A stretch of 32,000 bases of DNA from Edaphobacter aggregans (GCF_003945235.1 NZ_RSDW01000001.1:240001-272000), one strand, 5' to 3'; shown: positions 1-9,406, numbered from the stretch's first letter. Made by a program: numbers and translations. The notes: generated from the letters alone by a model not told the origin.

Positions 1-1
1 G

Positions 2-721
2 CGCAACTACACCGATCACGAAGTTTCCCCACTCCTCGAAAAAACCGCAGAGCACGAAGAAACCTTCCTCCCCCAAACGATCCCATTCTTCGCCGCAACA
101 AAGACTTTTCAGGCAATCCGGCAGACCTATCCCGACTACACCTACAAAGAAGCCGCCCTCAACCCAACCAATCCCATCGATCGCGCAACCGATTGGGAAG
201 CAGACATCATCAACTACTTCCGGAACTCCCCCAAACAGACGGAGCTAATTCGCACCCGTGAAGCAGCCACCGGAACAAACCTCTACATGGCGCATCCCAT
301 CCGAGTCGAAACCGGATGCCTCCCCTGTCACAGCACGCCGGACGCCGCCCCCAAGTCCATGATCAAGCACTACGGCCAGCAGAACGGCTTCGGCTGGAAC
401 CTCGGCGAGGTCATCGGAGCGCAAATCATCTCAGTCCCCATGACCGTCCCTCTGCAAAAAGCACGTCAGGGACTCAACGAGCTGCTGATCGACCTAGCCC
501 TGATCTTTCTGCTCGCCATCATCCTGATCGACGTAGGCCTATACTTCATCGTCATCCGGCCTCTCAGAACCATCTCCATCTCCGCAGACCTCATCAGTCA
601 AGGCGAGCTGAACCTGGAACCCTTGCCAGTAAAAGGCAACGACGAAGTCTCCATGGTCACGCGATCCTTCAACCGAATGCACACCAGCCTCAAAAAGGCG
701 ATGGACCTGCTAAACGGCTAA
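2..721 (+). CDS. DUF3365 (Tll0287-like) haem-c sensor domain protein with TM helix and HAMP domain; 5' partial
   Basis: Frame 2 is open from the window edge into ORF 287..721. The translation (…YPDYTYKEAALNPTNPIDRATDWEADIINYF…GCLPCHS…) carries a CxxCH haem-c motif in a DUF3365-like context. It is followed by a TM helix (LIDLALIFLLAIILIDVGLYFIVI) and a HAMP-like segment (RPLRTISISADLISQGELN…VSMVTRSFNRMHTSL). The stop comes about 10 aa after HAMP. Codon usage is NNC-type, typical of + strand genes here. Confidence 0.8.
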   Translation, partial: RNYTDHEVSPLLEKTAEHEETFLPQTIPFFAATKTFQAIRQTYPDYTYKEAALNPTNPIDRATDWEADIINYFRNSPKQTELIRTREAATGTNLYMAHPIRVETGCLPCHSTPDAAPKSMIKHYGQQNGFGWNLGEVIGAQIISVPMTVPLQKARQGLNELLIDLALIFLLAIILIDVGLYFIVIRPLRTISISADLISQGELNLEPLPVKGNDEVSMVTRSFNRMHTSLKKAMDLLNG

Positions 722-732
722 GCCAATATCCC

Positions 733-1824
733 TCACCGAGGCCGGCTGCGCAGAAATTTCTGTCGATCCGCATCGTTCTCTATGTGTTTGGAAGCTTCGG
801 TATAAATCTTGTCGAGATCCCCATACTGCTTCGCCAACCGGTTCACCACGACCTTCGCAATCGGCCCGATGTACGCCGCCAGAGTCCGAATAACGGGCTC
901 AAGCGGCAGCGAAGCGACTCCGCTAGACGGCTGTTTATTGAACTCATCCGTACTGATGCGCTGCCAACTCGGCGCCGGGGTCTCTGTCGTGCCTTCAGTC
1001 GAAGCCGCGACATTATGAAGTCGAAGTTCAGCCAAAAACTCCGCAGCCGTCACAAACTTCCGCGCCGGATCCTTAGCCAGTGCCCTGTCAATGACGTTCG
1101 AAAGATGTGCCGGAATATCAGGCCGCAGCGTGCTCAGCGACACTGGAACCTTATGGATATGAGCCATCATGAGCTCATACGTATTTGCCCCCTGCAACGG
1201 CGGCTGCCCTGCAATCAACTCATACAGTGTCACTCCAAGCGAGTAAAAATCGGATTGCGCCGTCGCTCTCTCTCCACGAAACTGCTCCGGCGACATATGC
1301 GTCGGCGATCCAATAAAAGATCCCGTAGCGGTCAGATCCGTCGCGCGTTCCTTGGTCGCAATCCCGAAATCCAGCAGCTTCACCGAACCGTTCGCGCCAA
1401 CCATGATGTTCGACGGCTTGATATCCCGATGCACCACGCCCGCCTGATGAGCATAATCAAGTGCGGAAACCACCTCTGCAGCAAAATCCACCAGATGCCG
1501 GATAGGTATCCGCATGCGGAGACTGCGAGACCGCAGATTCTCGCCCTCCACCAACTCCATAATCATCACAAGCTGTTCGTCAAAGTAAAACGCATTGTGG
1601 AGCCGAGCAATGTTCGGATGATTCAGCGATCCAAGCAGCTGAATCTCGCGCCGAAATCGCTCCGTCATCTCGGGCGTATCCGTCTGCTCAGGCCGGAGCA
1701 CCTTGAGCGCCTCAGGTCGTTGCGAAATCAGATGCTTGGCCTCATAGACCGATCCGTGCCCACCGCTTCCCAGCACCCGGACGATCTCGTACTCCCCGAT
1801 CACCTGCCCTGCTTCAAAGGCCAT
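733..1824 (-). CDS. Ser/Thr protein kinase (Hanks type), soluble, with an uncharacterised ~60-aa C-terminal module
   Basis: 363-aa ORF with a G-loop (GSGGHGSV), VAIK-like ALKVL, HRDIKPSNI, DFG and SPE motifs in canonical order. No TM segment is visible. Confidence 0.93.
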   Translation of the reverse strand: MAFEAGQVIGEYEIVRVLGSGGHGSVYEAKHLISQRPEALKVLRPEQTDTPEMTERFRREIQLLGSLNHPNIARLHNAFYFDEQLVMIMELVEGENLRSRSLRMRIPIRHLVDFAAEVVSALDYAHQAGVVHRDIKPSNIMVGANGSVKLLDFGIATKERATDLTATGSFIGSPTHMSPEQFRGERATAQSDFYSLGVTLYELIAGQPPLQGANTYELMMAHIHKVPVSLSTLRPDIPAHLSNVIDRALAKDPARKFVTAAEFLAELRLHNVAASTEGTTETPAPSWQRISTDEFNKQPSSGVASLPLEPVIRTLAAYIGPIAKVVVNRLAKQYGDLDKIYTEASKHIENDADRQKFLRSRPR

Positions 1825-1912
1825 CGGCTAATAATATAGCCAACGAATGGCATGTCCACATCAACGTCAATAACCACATGCATCGACCAGCGACCGGCCG
1901 ACGAGGTATAAC

Positions 1913-2239
1913 TTGCCGCCGCAAAAATGCCATAATCTCTGTGATCTAAGGATCCAACCAGCTTTGACCGACGCCAACCCCAACCCGCCGTCCCAACCCC
2001 CAAACAACCGAGGCCTCCTCGTTCCGTGGATCATCGCGGGGCTTCTTTTCACCGTCTCCATCGTCATCTCGATGTACACCATGATCCGAGGCATGGCCTA
2101 CGCTCGAGCTAACCAGGCAGCGCCTCCCTCTTGGTTTCACTCGCTCCTGACGTTCAGCCAGTACGGACTCTTCCTAAGCACCGCCGCCGTCCTCATTCTG
2201 GTAGCCATCTCCCTCCGGCGAGCTTTTAAACGCAAATAA
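1913..2239 (+). CDS. small hypothetical membrane protein (2 predicted TM helices)
   Basis: 108-aa ORF with a TTG start in the track. Two hydrophobic stretches (LLVPWIIAGLLFTVSIVISMYTMI; YGLFLSTAAVLILVAISL). NNC codon bias matches other + strand genes. The true start is uncertain. Confidence 0.5.
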   Translation: MPPQKCHNLCDLRIQPALTDANPNPPSQPPNNRGLLVPWIIAGLLFTVSIVISMYTMIRGMAYARANQAAPPSWFHSLLTFSQYGLFLSTAAVLILVAISLRRAFKRK

Positions 2240-2271
2240 CAGCTCACATCACGAAATCTGTCTACACCAAC

Positions 2272-2967
2272 TCAGCCACCCATCACAGCTCTACGCAACG
2301 CCGCCCGCGCAAGCAAACGGGTCGAATCCAGCGTCGGCAGCGGAGAATTCGAATCATTCATAATCAACGGAATCTCTGTGCAGCCAAGCACGACGGCATC
2401 GCAGCCATCCTCGCTCATCCGCCCAATAACGTGCTGAAAAGTAGCAACCGCCTCCGGACTGAAGACCCCATAAACTAGCTCATCAAAGATGATCCGATTG
2501 ATCTCCTCCCGCTCATCCGAGTTCGGACGAACATACTCAAGTCCACGCGCTGTCAGTTTCTCCGGGTAGATCTCACTCTCAACGAGCCAACGAGTCCCCG
2601 TCAACCCAATGCGCCGAAACCCGCACTCAACAGCCTGTGCAGCAACGACCTCAGCAATATGCAACCAGGGCAACGGCGACCGCGCCTCAATAAAAGGAAG
2701 CGCTTGATGGATGGTGTTGTCAGGACAGATAAGAAAATCAGCGCCGGTCTTCGCGAGCTTATTCGCGGAAGAAAGCATCAGCTCCCCAACGCCGTGCCAA
2801 TCTCCGTGATAGATGCACTTCATGTACTCGCCGAGCGAGTGCGTGTGCATCGAAACCTCAGGATGATCATGCGGACCGCATAGCTGCGCGCCCTCCACGC
2901 AGATGGTCCGATAACAAAGCGCCGCGCCTTCCGCAGAACAAGCAACGATACCAATATGCTGGGGCAT
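2272..2967 (-). CDS. aspartate/glutamate racemase family protein
   Basis: 231 aa. It has the two catalytic-Cys contexts of Asp/Glu racemases (FLICPDNTIH and VVLGCTEIPL) and an N-terminal IGIVACSAEGAALCY motif. Confidence 0.85.
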   Translation of the reverse strand: MPQHIGIVACSAEGAALCYRTICVEGAQLCGPHDHPEVSMHTHSLGEYMKCIYHGDWHGVGELMLSSANKLAKTGADFLICPDNTIHQALPFIEARSPLPWLHIAEVVAAQAVECGFRRIGLTGTRWLVESEIYPEKLTARGLEYVRPNSDEREEINRIIFDELVYGVFSPEAVATFQHVIGRMSEDGCDAVVLGCTEIPLIMNDSNSPLPTLDSTRLLARAALRRAVMGG

Positions 2968-3039
2968 ACGCCGATTCTACAAAGCCCCACCAGCTAAAGT
3001 ATGAGCCAGACCCCCAAAAAGGTTTCCGACGTAAGTTCG

Positions 3040-3160
3040 TTTTTGCCTGGTTTGCTTAAGGGCACGCCTTCAGCCGTGCCACAGATAGTTCGCTTCCACA
3101 GTGCGGCTTTAGCCGCTGAGGTCCTGCTTTGGGCTGCTGAGATCGCAGCCTTCCCCCAAA
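3040..3160. repeat. REP-like intergenic element with three short GC-rich hairpins
   Basis: Three hairpins: GGCACG(3061-3066)/CGTGCC(3075-3080), GCGGC(3103-3107)/GCCGC(3112-3116) and GGCTGC(3132-3137)/GCAGCC(3145-3150). The string aagggcacg..ttcag.cgtgcc…gcggctttagccgctgagg resembles a dispersed extragenic repeat I recall from acidobacterial genomes. Only one copy lies in this window. Confidence 0.45.
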
Positions 3161-3176
3161 AGAACAGAACCCTCAG

Positions 3177-3500
3177 CTAGCGATGCTTCTTAGCCGGAGC
3201 CTTCTTCGCGGGCGCTTTCTTAGCGACGACCTTAGCCGGAGCCTTCTTAGCCGGAGCCTTCACCGCAACCTTCTTAGCCGGGGCTTTCTTGACAACCTTA
3301 GCCGGAGCCTTCTTAGCCGGAGCCTTGGCCACAACCTTCTTCGCGGGTGCTTTCTTAGCGACGACCTTAGCCGGAGCCTTCTTAGCCGGCGCCTTGGCCA
3401 CAACCTTCTTAGCCGGAGCATGCGCAGCCTTGGCCGGAGCCTTCACAGGAGCAGCCTTCGCAGGCGCTGGTGCCGCTGCCTTCTTCTCTGCAACCTTTGC
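3177..3500 (-). repeat. in-frame tandem DNA repeats encoding the AKKAP/AKVVAKK tail
   Basis: The motif cttagccggagcctt recurs many times. Two 60-nt blocks, 3201-3260 and 3336-3395, differ at 2 positions by hand alignment, giving a 135-bp higher-order period. Confidence 0.85.
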
Positions 3501-4988
3501 CGGAGCAACAACCTTCGCCGGAGCCTCCTTCTTAGGAGAAGGCTTCGCCTCAACCGCTCCCTCAGCTGGAAAAGCACCTTCGGTCACAGCCGCCTCGCCG
3601 TTTTCTTCGGCCACGGCAGCCTTCTTCCGGCTCTTGGCCGGCTTGGCATCCTTTTTCGCCGCACGGGCCCGGCGCAGATGAACCGGCGGTGGCGGAGCAG
3701 GCGGCGAGTGAGGCTCCAGATAAGCCTTCATCTCTTCCACAGTCCCAAGCTTGTTGTCCATCAGCTCAAAAAACAGTTTATCGAGTAGGTCATCGTACCC
3801 CGGAAGCTCCGGAACAATCCGCATCTCCTGCATCAGCGTGTACGGCAGCTTCAGCTTAGCCTGCGGCCACTCTGTATAGAAGGCCTTGAACTTACCCTGA
3901 ATCGGCCCACTCTTGGTCGTATGCGCCACCCAAAGCACCGACTCCGGCTTAGCCGAGTACAGCAGCTTCCACGCCTGCGACGGTGCCGCGGCCCCCTTGC
4001 CTGAAAGCTGAGCCGCAAACTCTTTGCCTTCGCCCTCAAGCGCTTCAATCTCATGCACAAAGCCCTGTCGCGGGAAGCTCTTCTTCAGCGCCGCCACTTC
4101 CTTCGGAGCCATCTTCGCCGTCAGCAGCGGGAAATTCGCGGCTGAAGCCTCCGCATGGATGCCCTGCATCTGCAACTGCATCTGCGCATCCCGCAGCCGC
4201 TCCAACTCCGCCACATTCGCCTTCGACGACGACAGCGCCGCGCACAGATACTTCATCCACCCCTCGGACTCCAGACGCTTCAGCACTCGCAGCGGGTCTT
4301 CTTCATGGAAGATCTCCTCCGTCTCGTACCCGCGCTCAAAAGCCCCCATGGCCGAGATATAACCTTCCTGCTTGCCCGTCTCATACCGCCCCTGGGTCTT
4401 CTCGTCCATCTGCCAGCCCAATCGAGCCATAAACCGTACCGCCCGGATCATCCGCACCGGATCCTCGATGAACCCGTAGTTGCTCACCAGCCGCAACTCC
4501 CGGTTCTCAATGTCCGCCACCCCATTCAACGGATCCAGTAGCAGCCCATAGGATGACCCCATCGCATCGCTCCCCTGGTTGAGCGACAGCGCCATGGCAT
4601 TCGCCGTAAAATCCCGACGCCTCAGGTCATCCAGGATCGTCGCCGCCTTAACCACCGGCTTGCCCGGCTTCGGATAGCTGACCGACAAAGTGCTGCCAAT
4701 CTCCATCCTCACACCACCAGGAAACCGCACGAAGAACGAGTGCATCTCCTCCCATTCTCCGGTGACGACAGCGCCAGCTTTCTCTATATCTTTCTTTAAC
4801 TTGAGAGCATTTCCCTGAACCACTACATCCAGATCGCGCACTGGCGACCCACTCGTCAGGTCCCGCACCGCCCCACCCACCAAAAACAGGTTAAGTCCTT
4901 TAGAACGAGCAACCTCCTGCACCTTCGACAGTGCAGCTTGCTGACTTTTGGACAGACGGTTTTCAAGTAAATAGATGTAGTCGGCCAT
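3177..4988 (-). CDS. CCA-adding enzyme / poly(A) polymerase family nucleotidyltransferase with a long Lys/Ala/Pro-rich (histone H1-like) C-terminal tail
   Basis: 603 aa. Class-II nucleotidyltransferase head motifs are present: LVGGAVRDL…VRDLDVVV (GGxVRD + DxD), RRDFTANAMA and EDPVRMIRAVRF. The C-terminal ~170 aa is AKKAPAKKVVAKAPAKK-type repeats. Confidence 0.88.
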   Translation of the reverse strand: MADYIYLLENRLSKSQQAALSKVQEVARSKGLNLFLVGGAVRDLTSGSPVRDLDVVVQGNALKLKKDIEKAGAVVTGEWEEMHSFFVRFPGGVRMEIGSTLSVSYPKPGKPVVKAATILDDLRRRDFTANAMALSLNQGSDAMGSSYGLLLDPLNGVADIENRELRLVSNYGFIEDPVRMIRAVRFMARLGWQMDEKTQGRYETGKQEGYISAMGAFERGYETEEIFHEEDPLRVLKRLESEGWMKYLCAALSSSKANVAELERLRDAQMQLQMQGIHAEASAANFPLLTAKMAPKEVAALKKSFPRQGFVHEIEALEGEGKEFAAQLSGKGAAAPSQAWKLLYSAKPESVLWVAHTTKSGPIQGKFKAFYTEWPQAKLKLPYTLMQEMRIVPELPGYDDLLDKLFFELMDNKLGTVEEMKAYLEPHSPPAPPPPVHLRRARAAKKDAKPAKSRKKAAVAEENGEAAVTEGAFPAEGAVEAKPSPKKEAPAKVVAPAKVAEKKAAAPAPAKAAPVKAPAKAAHAPAKKVVAKAPAKKAPAKVVAKKAPAKKVVAKAPAKKAPAKVVKKAPAKKVAVKAPAKKAPAKVVAKKAPAKKAPAKKHR

Positions 4989-5162
4989 ATCTTGTTGATT
5001 TCACTCCGAGCCGGTCTTAAATGGGATTCGCCAGCGAGCATAAGCTGAAACGAATCAACCCTTTAGAAATATAGGTAAAGCAAGACACAAAATGTGAATG
5101 TAACACAGCGTTAGTAAATTGACTACTCTTCCCAACCTTTTTCGCCCCACTCCCATCCCCAC

Positions 5163-5744
5163 ATGCGACAATCCGCCAGAACCATGTCCTCCGCACACAA
5201 AAAAGTTATCGTGCGCCGCTTCACAGGAGAAACCCTCCCCGGCTACCTGCCCCTGACCAACTTTGTCCGTGGCAAAGCATCCGAACGCGCCCTCGATCTG
5301 CTCGACCTCACCGGCCGCGTTATCCCCCTATCCCTCAATGACATCAAGCACATCTGCTACGTCCGTGACTTCAACCTCACAGACCCATCCAACCCCGAGC
5401 GCCTCACCCGCCGCACGTTTCTGGCCCGCCCCAGAACGGAAGGCCTCTGGCTCCGCCTGACCTTCCGAACCCCCTCCCCAGAGACAGACCAACTCGAAGG
5501 TCTCGCTCCCATCGACGCTACCCTCCTCGACGACCTCGTCAACGACGCCGGCCTCTTCCTCACCCCACCCGACAGCCGCTCCAACACCCAGCGCATCTAC
5601 GTCCCCCGAACCGCCATAGCCGACCTCCAACTAATCGCTGTCATCACCACACCCTCCCGCAAAAAAAACCTCCCCGCCGCCTCAGTCCCCACCATGCAGG
5701 AAGACCTCTTCCAAAACCTCCCTCCAACTACCCGCCCCAACTAA
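5163..5744 (+). CDS. conserved hypothetical protein (no signal peptide or TM seen)
   Basis: 193-aa ORF with strong NNC codon bias. An alternative start lies at 5184 (MSSAHKK). The sequence ([17 protein letters not shown]…[10 protein letters not shown]…[23 protein letters not shown]) resembles a deltaproteobacterial/acidobacterial family of unknown function that I cannot name with confidence. Confidence 0.65.
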   Translation: MRQSARTMSSAHKKVIVRRFTGETLPGYLPLTNFVRGKASERALDLLDLTGRVIPLSLNDIKHICYVRDFNLTDPSNPERLTRRTFLARPRTEGLWLRLTFRTPSPETDQLEGLAPIDATLLDDLVNDAGLFLTPPDSRSNTQRIYVPRTAIADLQLIAVITTPSRKKNLPAASVPTMQEDLFQNLPPTTRPN

Positions 5745-5806
5745 GCATCTTTGCCAGCTACTCCCTATCCCCTACTGCCTACCCACTGTCTTATACAATC
5801 CCCACC

Positions 5807-6802
5807 ATGAAGCTCGCCGACCTAGCCAAGCATCTCGGAGCCACCCTTCACGGCGATCCCACCGCCCTAATTACTGGAGTCGCCGGCATCGACACAGCCG
5901 CCCCGGGCCACCTCACCTTCGTCGCCAACCCCAAATACGCCTCCCTCGCCCGCACTACTAAAGCGACCGCCGTCCTCGTCGAACCCACATTCGCCGAGAT
6001 CACCGCCGCCACCCTACGCATCGAAAACCCCTACCTCGCCTTCGCCCGCGCCATCGAGCTCTTCTACCAGCCCCCAACCTACGCCCCCGGCATCCACCCC
6101 ACCGCCGTCGTCGCCCCCACCGCGCGCATCGGGTCCAACGCCCACATCGGAGCCTATGTCGTTGTAGGCGACCGCGTCGTCCTAGGCGACAACGCCACCC
6201 TCCTGCCTCACGTCGTCATCTACCCCCACGTCCACGCCGGAGATAACCTCTTCGCTCATGCCCACGCCGTAGTCCGCGAACACTGCCATCTCGGCGACAA
6301 CGTCGTCCTCCAGAACGGAGCCATCATCGGAGCCGACGGCTTCGGCTTCGCCCGCCAATCCAACGGCGCTTGGCACAAGATCCTCCAATCCGGTCCAGCC
6401 ATCCTCGAAGACGCCGTCGAAGTCCAGGCCAACGCCTGCATCGACCGCGCCTCCATCGGCGAGACCCGCATCCATGCCGGAGCCAAAATCGACAATCTCG
6501 TCCAGGTAGGCCACGGATCCACCGTCGGCAAAGACACCCTTCTCTGCGCTCAGGTCGGTCTCGCCGGCTCCACAACCATCGGCAAATCAGTCATCCTTGC
6601 CGGACAGGTCGGCGTAGCTGGTCACTGCACTGTAGGCGACGGAGCCATCGCCACAGCCCAGAGCGGCATCCCAAGCGACGTCGAACCAGGCAAGGTCGTC
6701 AGCGGGTACCCCGCCATCGACAACCGCCAATGGCTCCGCTCCGTCGCACTGGTAAATCGTTTGCCCGAACTCCTTCGCAGCCTTAAATCCTCAGCAAAAT
6801 AA
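5807..6802 (+). CDS. lpxD: UDP-3-O-acylglucosamine N-acyltransferase
   Basis: 331 aa. The N-terminal LpxD-type domain ([17 protein letters not shown]…[23 protein letters not shown]) is followed by long left-handed beta-helix hexapeptide repeats (IHPTAVV…[16 protein letters not shown]…). Confidence 0.92.
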   Translation: MKLADLAKHLGATLHGDPTALITGVAGIDTAAPGHLTFVANPKYASLARTTKATAVLVEPTFAEITAATLRIENPYLAFARAIELFYQPPTYAPGIHPTAVVAPTARIGSNAHIGAYVVVGDRVVLGDNATLLPHVVIYPHVHAGDNLFAHAHAVVREHCHLGDNVVLQNGAIIGADGFGFARQSNGAWHKILQSGPAILEDAVEVQANACIDRASIGETRIHAGAKIDNLVQVGHGSTVGKDTLLCAQVGLAGSTTIGKSVILAGQVGVAGHCTVGDGAIATAQSGIPSDVEPGKVVSGYPAIDNRQWLRSVALVNRLPELLRSLKSSAK

Positions 6803-6849
6803 CGCTTTCCAGAGGTGACTTCTACCAGCCCCTGAGCATCTTAACTACC

Positions 6850-7656
6850 ATGATGGTCGAGCCTCCCGACCCGCGCAGTAGTGTGTCCAATGGTGCCCCG
6901 ACCGTGCGCGTCCTTCTGCTCGACGACGAACCCTCCAACCTCCACCTCCGCACCGCCATCCTCCGCCAGCACGGCTATGAGTGCATCCCAGCCTCAACCG
7001 TCGAAGAAGCCACCGAGCTTTTCCATAACGTTGACATCGCTGTCCTCGACTACCACCTGGGCTCCGGCCAATTCGGCACCGAAGTCGCCACCCGCCTGCG
7101 TCGCCGTCGCCCCCACGTCCCCATCATCATTCTCTCCGCCACACTCGACCGTTACTTCGGCGGCGTAGAGGATATGCACCTCCTCAAGGGCTACAGCTCC
7201 GTCGAAGACCTCCTCTCCGCCCTCAGCTCCCTCAACGCCAAACGACGCGGCCATCCCGTCGTCGTCGACGCCCGTGACTTCTTCTACTCCCGCATCAGCA
7301 TGGCCATCGGCTCCGATGTGCTCGTCCAGATCTTCGACGACCACGGTGTCTGGCTCTACTGCAACGACGCCGCCGCCGACTACCTAGGCCAGCCTCGCGA
7401 CTGGTTCCCTGGCCGCAGCGTCTTCGACGAAATGCCCACCCTTATGCGCGACTGGCGAGACGTCCTCCAGACTGTCTGCCTCACCCGCGAGACCTACATC
7501 GACCGCACCCGCCGCGGCCTCCTCAACATCCCGAAGCCCTCCGAGCACAACGTGACCTGGAGCGTCCTTGCCTTCCCCATCACCCTCCACGACAACCGCT
7601 GCGGAGTAGTCCTAACCGCCCGCATCCTGGACCGCTCTCCCGCCCTCTACGCCTAG
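6850..7656 (+). CDS. response regulator: receiver domain plus C-terminal PAS-like domain, no recognisable enzymatic or DNA-binding output
   Basis: Receiver signatures are present: VLLLDDEP, acceptor context IAVLDYHLG, IIILSA and LLKG. The C-terminal ~120 aa (ISMAIGSDVLVQIFDDHGVWLYCNDAAADYLGQPRDWFPGRSVFDEMP…) looks PAS-like. Confidence 0.85.
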   Translation: MMVEPPDPRSSVSNGAPTVRVLLLDDEPSNLHLRTAILRQHGYECIPASTVEEATELFHNVDIAVLDYHLGSGQFGTEVATRLRRRRPHVPIIILSATLDRYFGGVEDMHLLKGYSSVEDLLSALSSLNAKRRGHPVVVDARDFFYSRISMAIGSDVLVQIFDDHGVWLYCNDAAADYLGQPRDWFPGRSVFDEMPTLMRDWRDVLQTVCLTRETYIDRTRRGLLNIPKPSEHNVTWSVLAFPITLHDNRCGVVLTARILDRSPALYA

Positions 7657-7808
7657 CTCTGGCTTTTTCGACGTCATCCTGTTCCGTCACAAATATTCGT
7701 CATCTCGACCGAAGGTGGCGCATTTGCCGCCGCAGTGGAGAGACCCCCGCATTTTACTTCTGTCTTCGAAATACTTACCCCGTTCATCCGCCCTGATACC
7801 CTTAACCC

Positions 7809-8165
7809 ATGCGTCATCTCCGCATTCTTGCGCTCCTCCCGATCCTGGTCATCACCGGCTGCCACTCCCCGTACGTCGAAGCCACCGTAAGCAACCGCAC
7901 CCCGCAGCCCATGCGCCTGCTCGAAGTCGACTACCCCAGCGCCAGCTTCGGAACCCAATCTCTCGCTCCCGGCGCGGACTTCCACTACCGCTTCAAAGTC
8001 CTCGGATCCGGCAACATGAAGCTCATCTATACCGACGCTGCCCAACACGAGCAAAAATCCCAAGGTCCCTTCCTCAAAGAAGGAGCCGAAGGCCCAGTCA
8101 CCATCACCGTCTTCCCCGACGGCGTCCGCTGGCAGACCAGCCCCGGCACAACCCTCCACCCATAA
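7809..8165 (+). CDS. hypothetical lipoprotein
   Basis: 118 aa. Signal peptide with a lipobox-like LVITGC (MRHLRILALLPILVITGC). NNC codon bias. Confidence 0.65.
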   Translation: MRHLRILALLPILVITGCHSPYVEATVSNRTPQPMRLLEVDYPSASFGTQSLAPGADFHYRFKVLGSGNMKLIYTDAAQHEQKSQGPFLKEGAEGPVTITVFPDGVRWQTSPGTTLHP

Positions 8166-8203
8166 CCTGAACCTCCCAGCCGCCGAAGCCATCTAACCCA
8201 ACC

Positions 8204-9202
<999 letters not shown>

Positions 9203-9214
9203 GCGGTATCGACC

Positions 9215-9406
9215 CTAATCGTCGCCAACTCCGAGCCTGCGTCTGCGGTCAGGATCCATGCTGATGTCATTCGAAGACGCCTTGCTCGCAGGTATGTTGT
9301 CGGGTTGTGGAGCTCTGTATCTTGTCGATTCCTGCCGCCCTGAAAGAGCCACGACTGCGAGTGGGACCAGGAGCACCGCAAGTCCCATCATCACAAAGAT
9401 GAGCAT
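9215..9406 (-). CDS. small hypothetical membrane protein (63 aa)
   Basis: A canonical AGGAGG lies 4 nt upstream of the ATG (ccgtAGGAGGacctATG on the - strand). N-terminal TM helix is MLIFVMMGLAVLLVPLAVVAL. I recognise no homology. Confidence 0.5.
   Translation of the reverse strand: MLIFVMMGLAVLLVPLAVVALSGRQESTRYRAPQPDNIPASKASSNDISMDPDRRRRLGVGDD

Noticed and set aside
316-1839. A 507-aa + strand ORF overlaps the DUF3365-HAMP gene and runs fully antisense to the Ser/Thr kinase.
   Set aside because: The translation is Arg/Pro/His/Ser-rich with no motifs. It is the stop-poor antisense frame of a gene with strong third-position bias. The opposite-strand kinase has every canonical Hanks motif.
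3183-3788. + strand ORFs (201 aa and 130 aa) with LLSRSLL / FLAGA periodicity. The region's regular ~15-45 bp DNA periodicity could superficially suggest a CRISPR-like or satellite array.
   Set aside because: The periodicity is the antisense or frame-shifted reading of the in-frame AKKAP coding repeats of the - strand nucleotidyltransferase. There are no unique spacers between the repeats and no repeat-spacer architecture.
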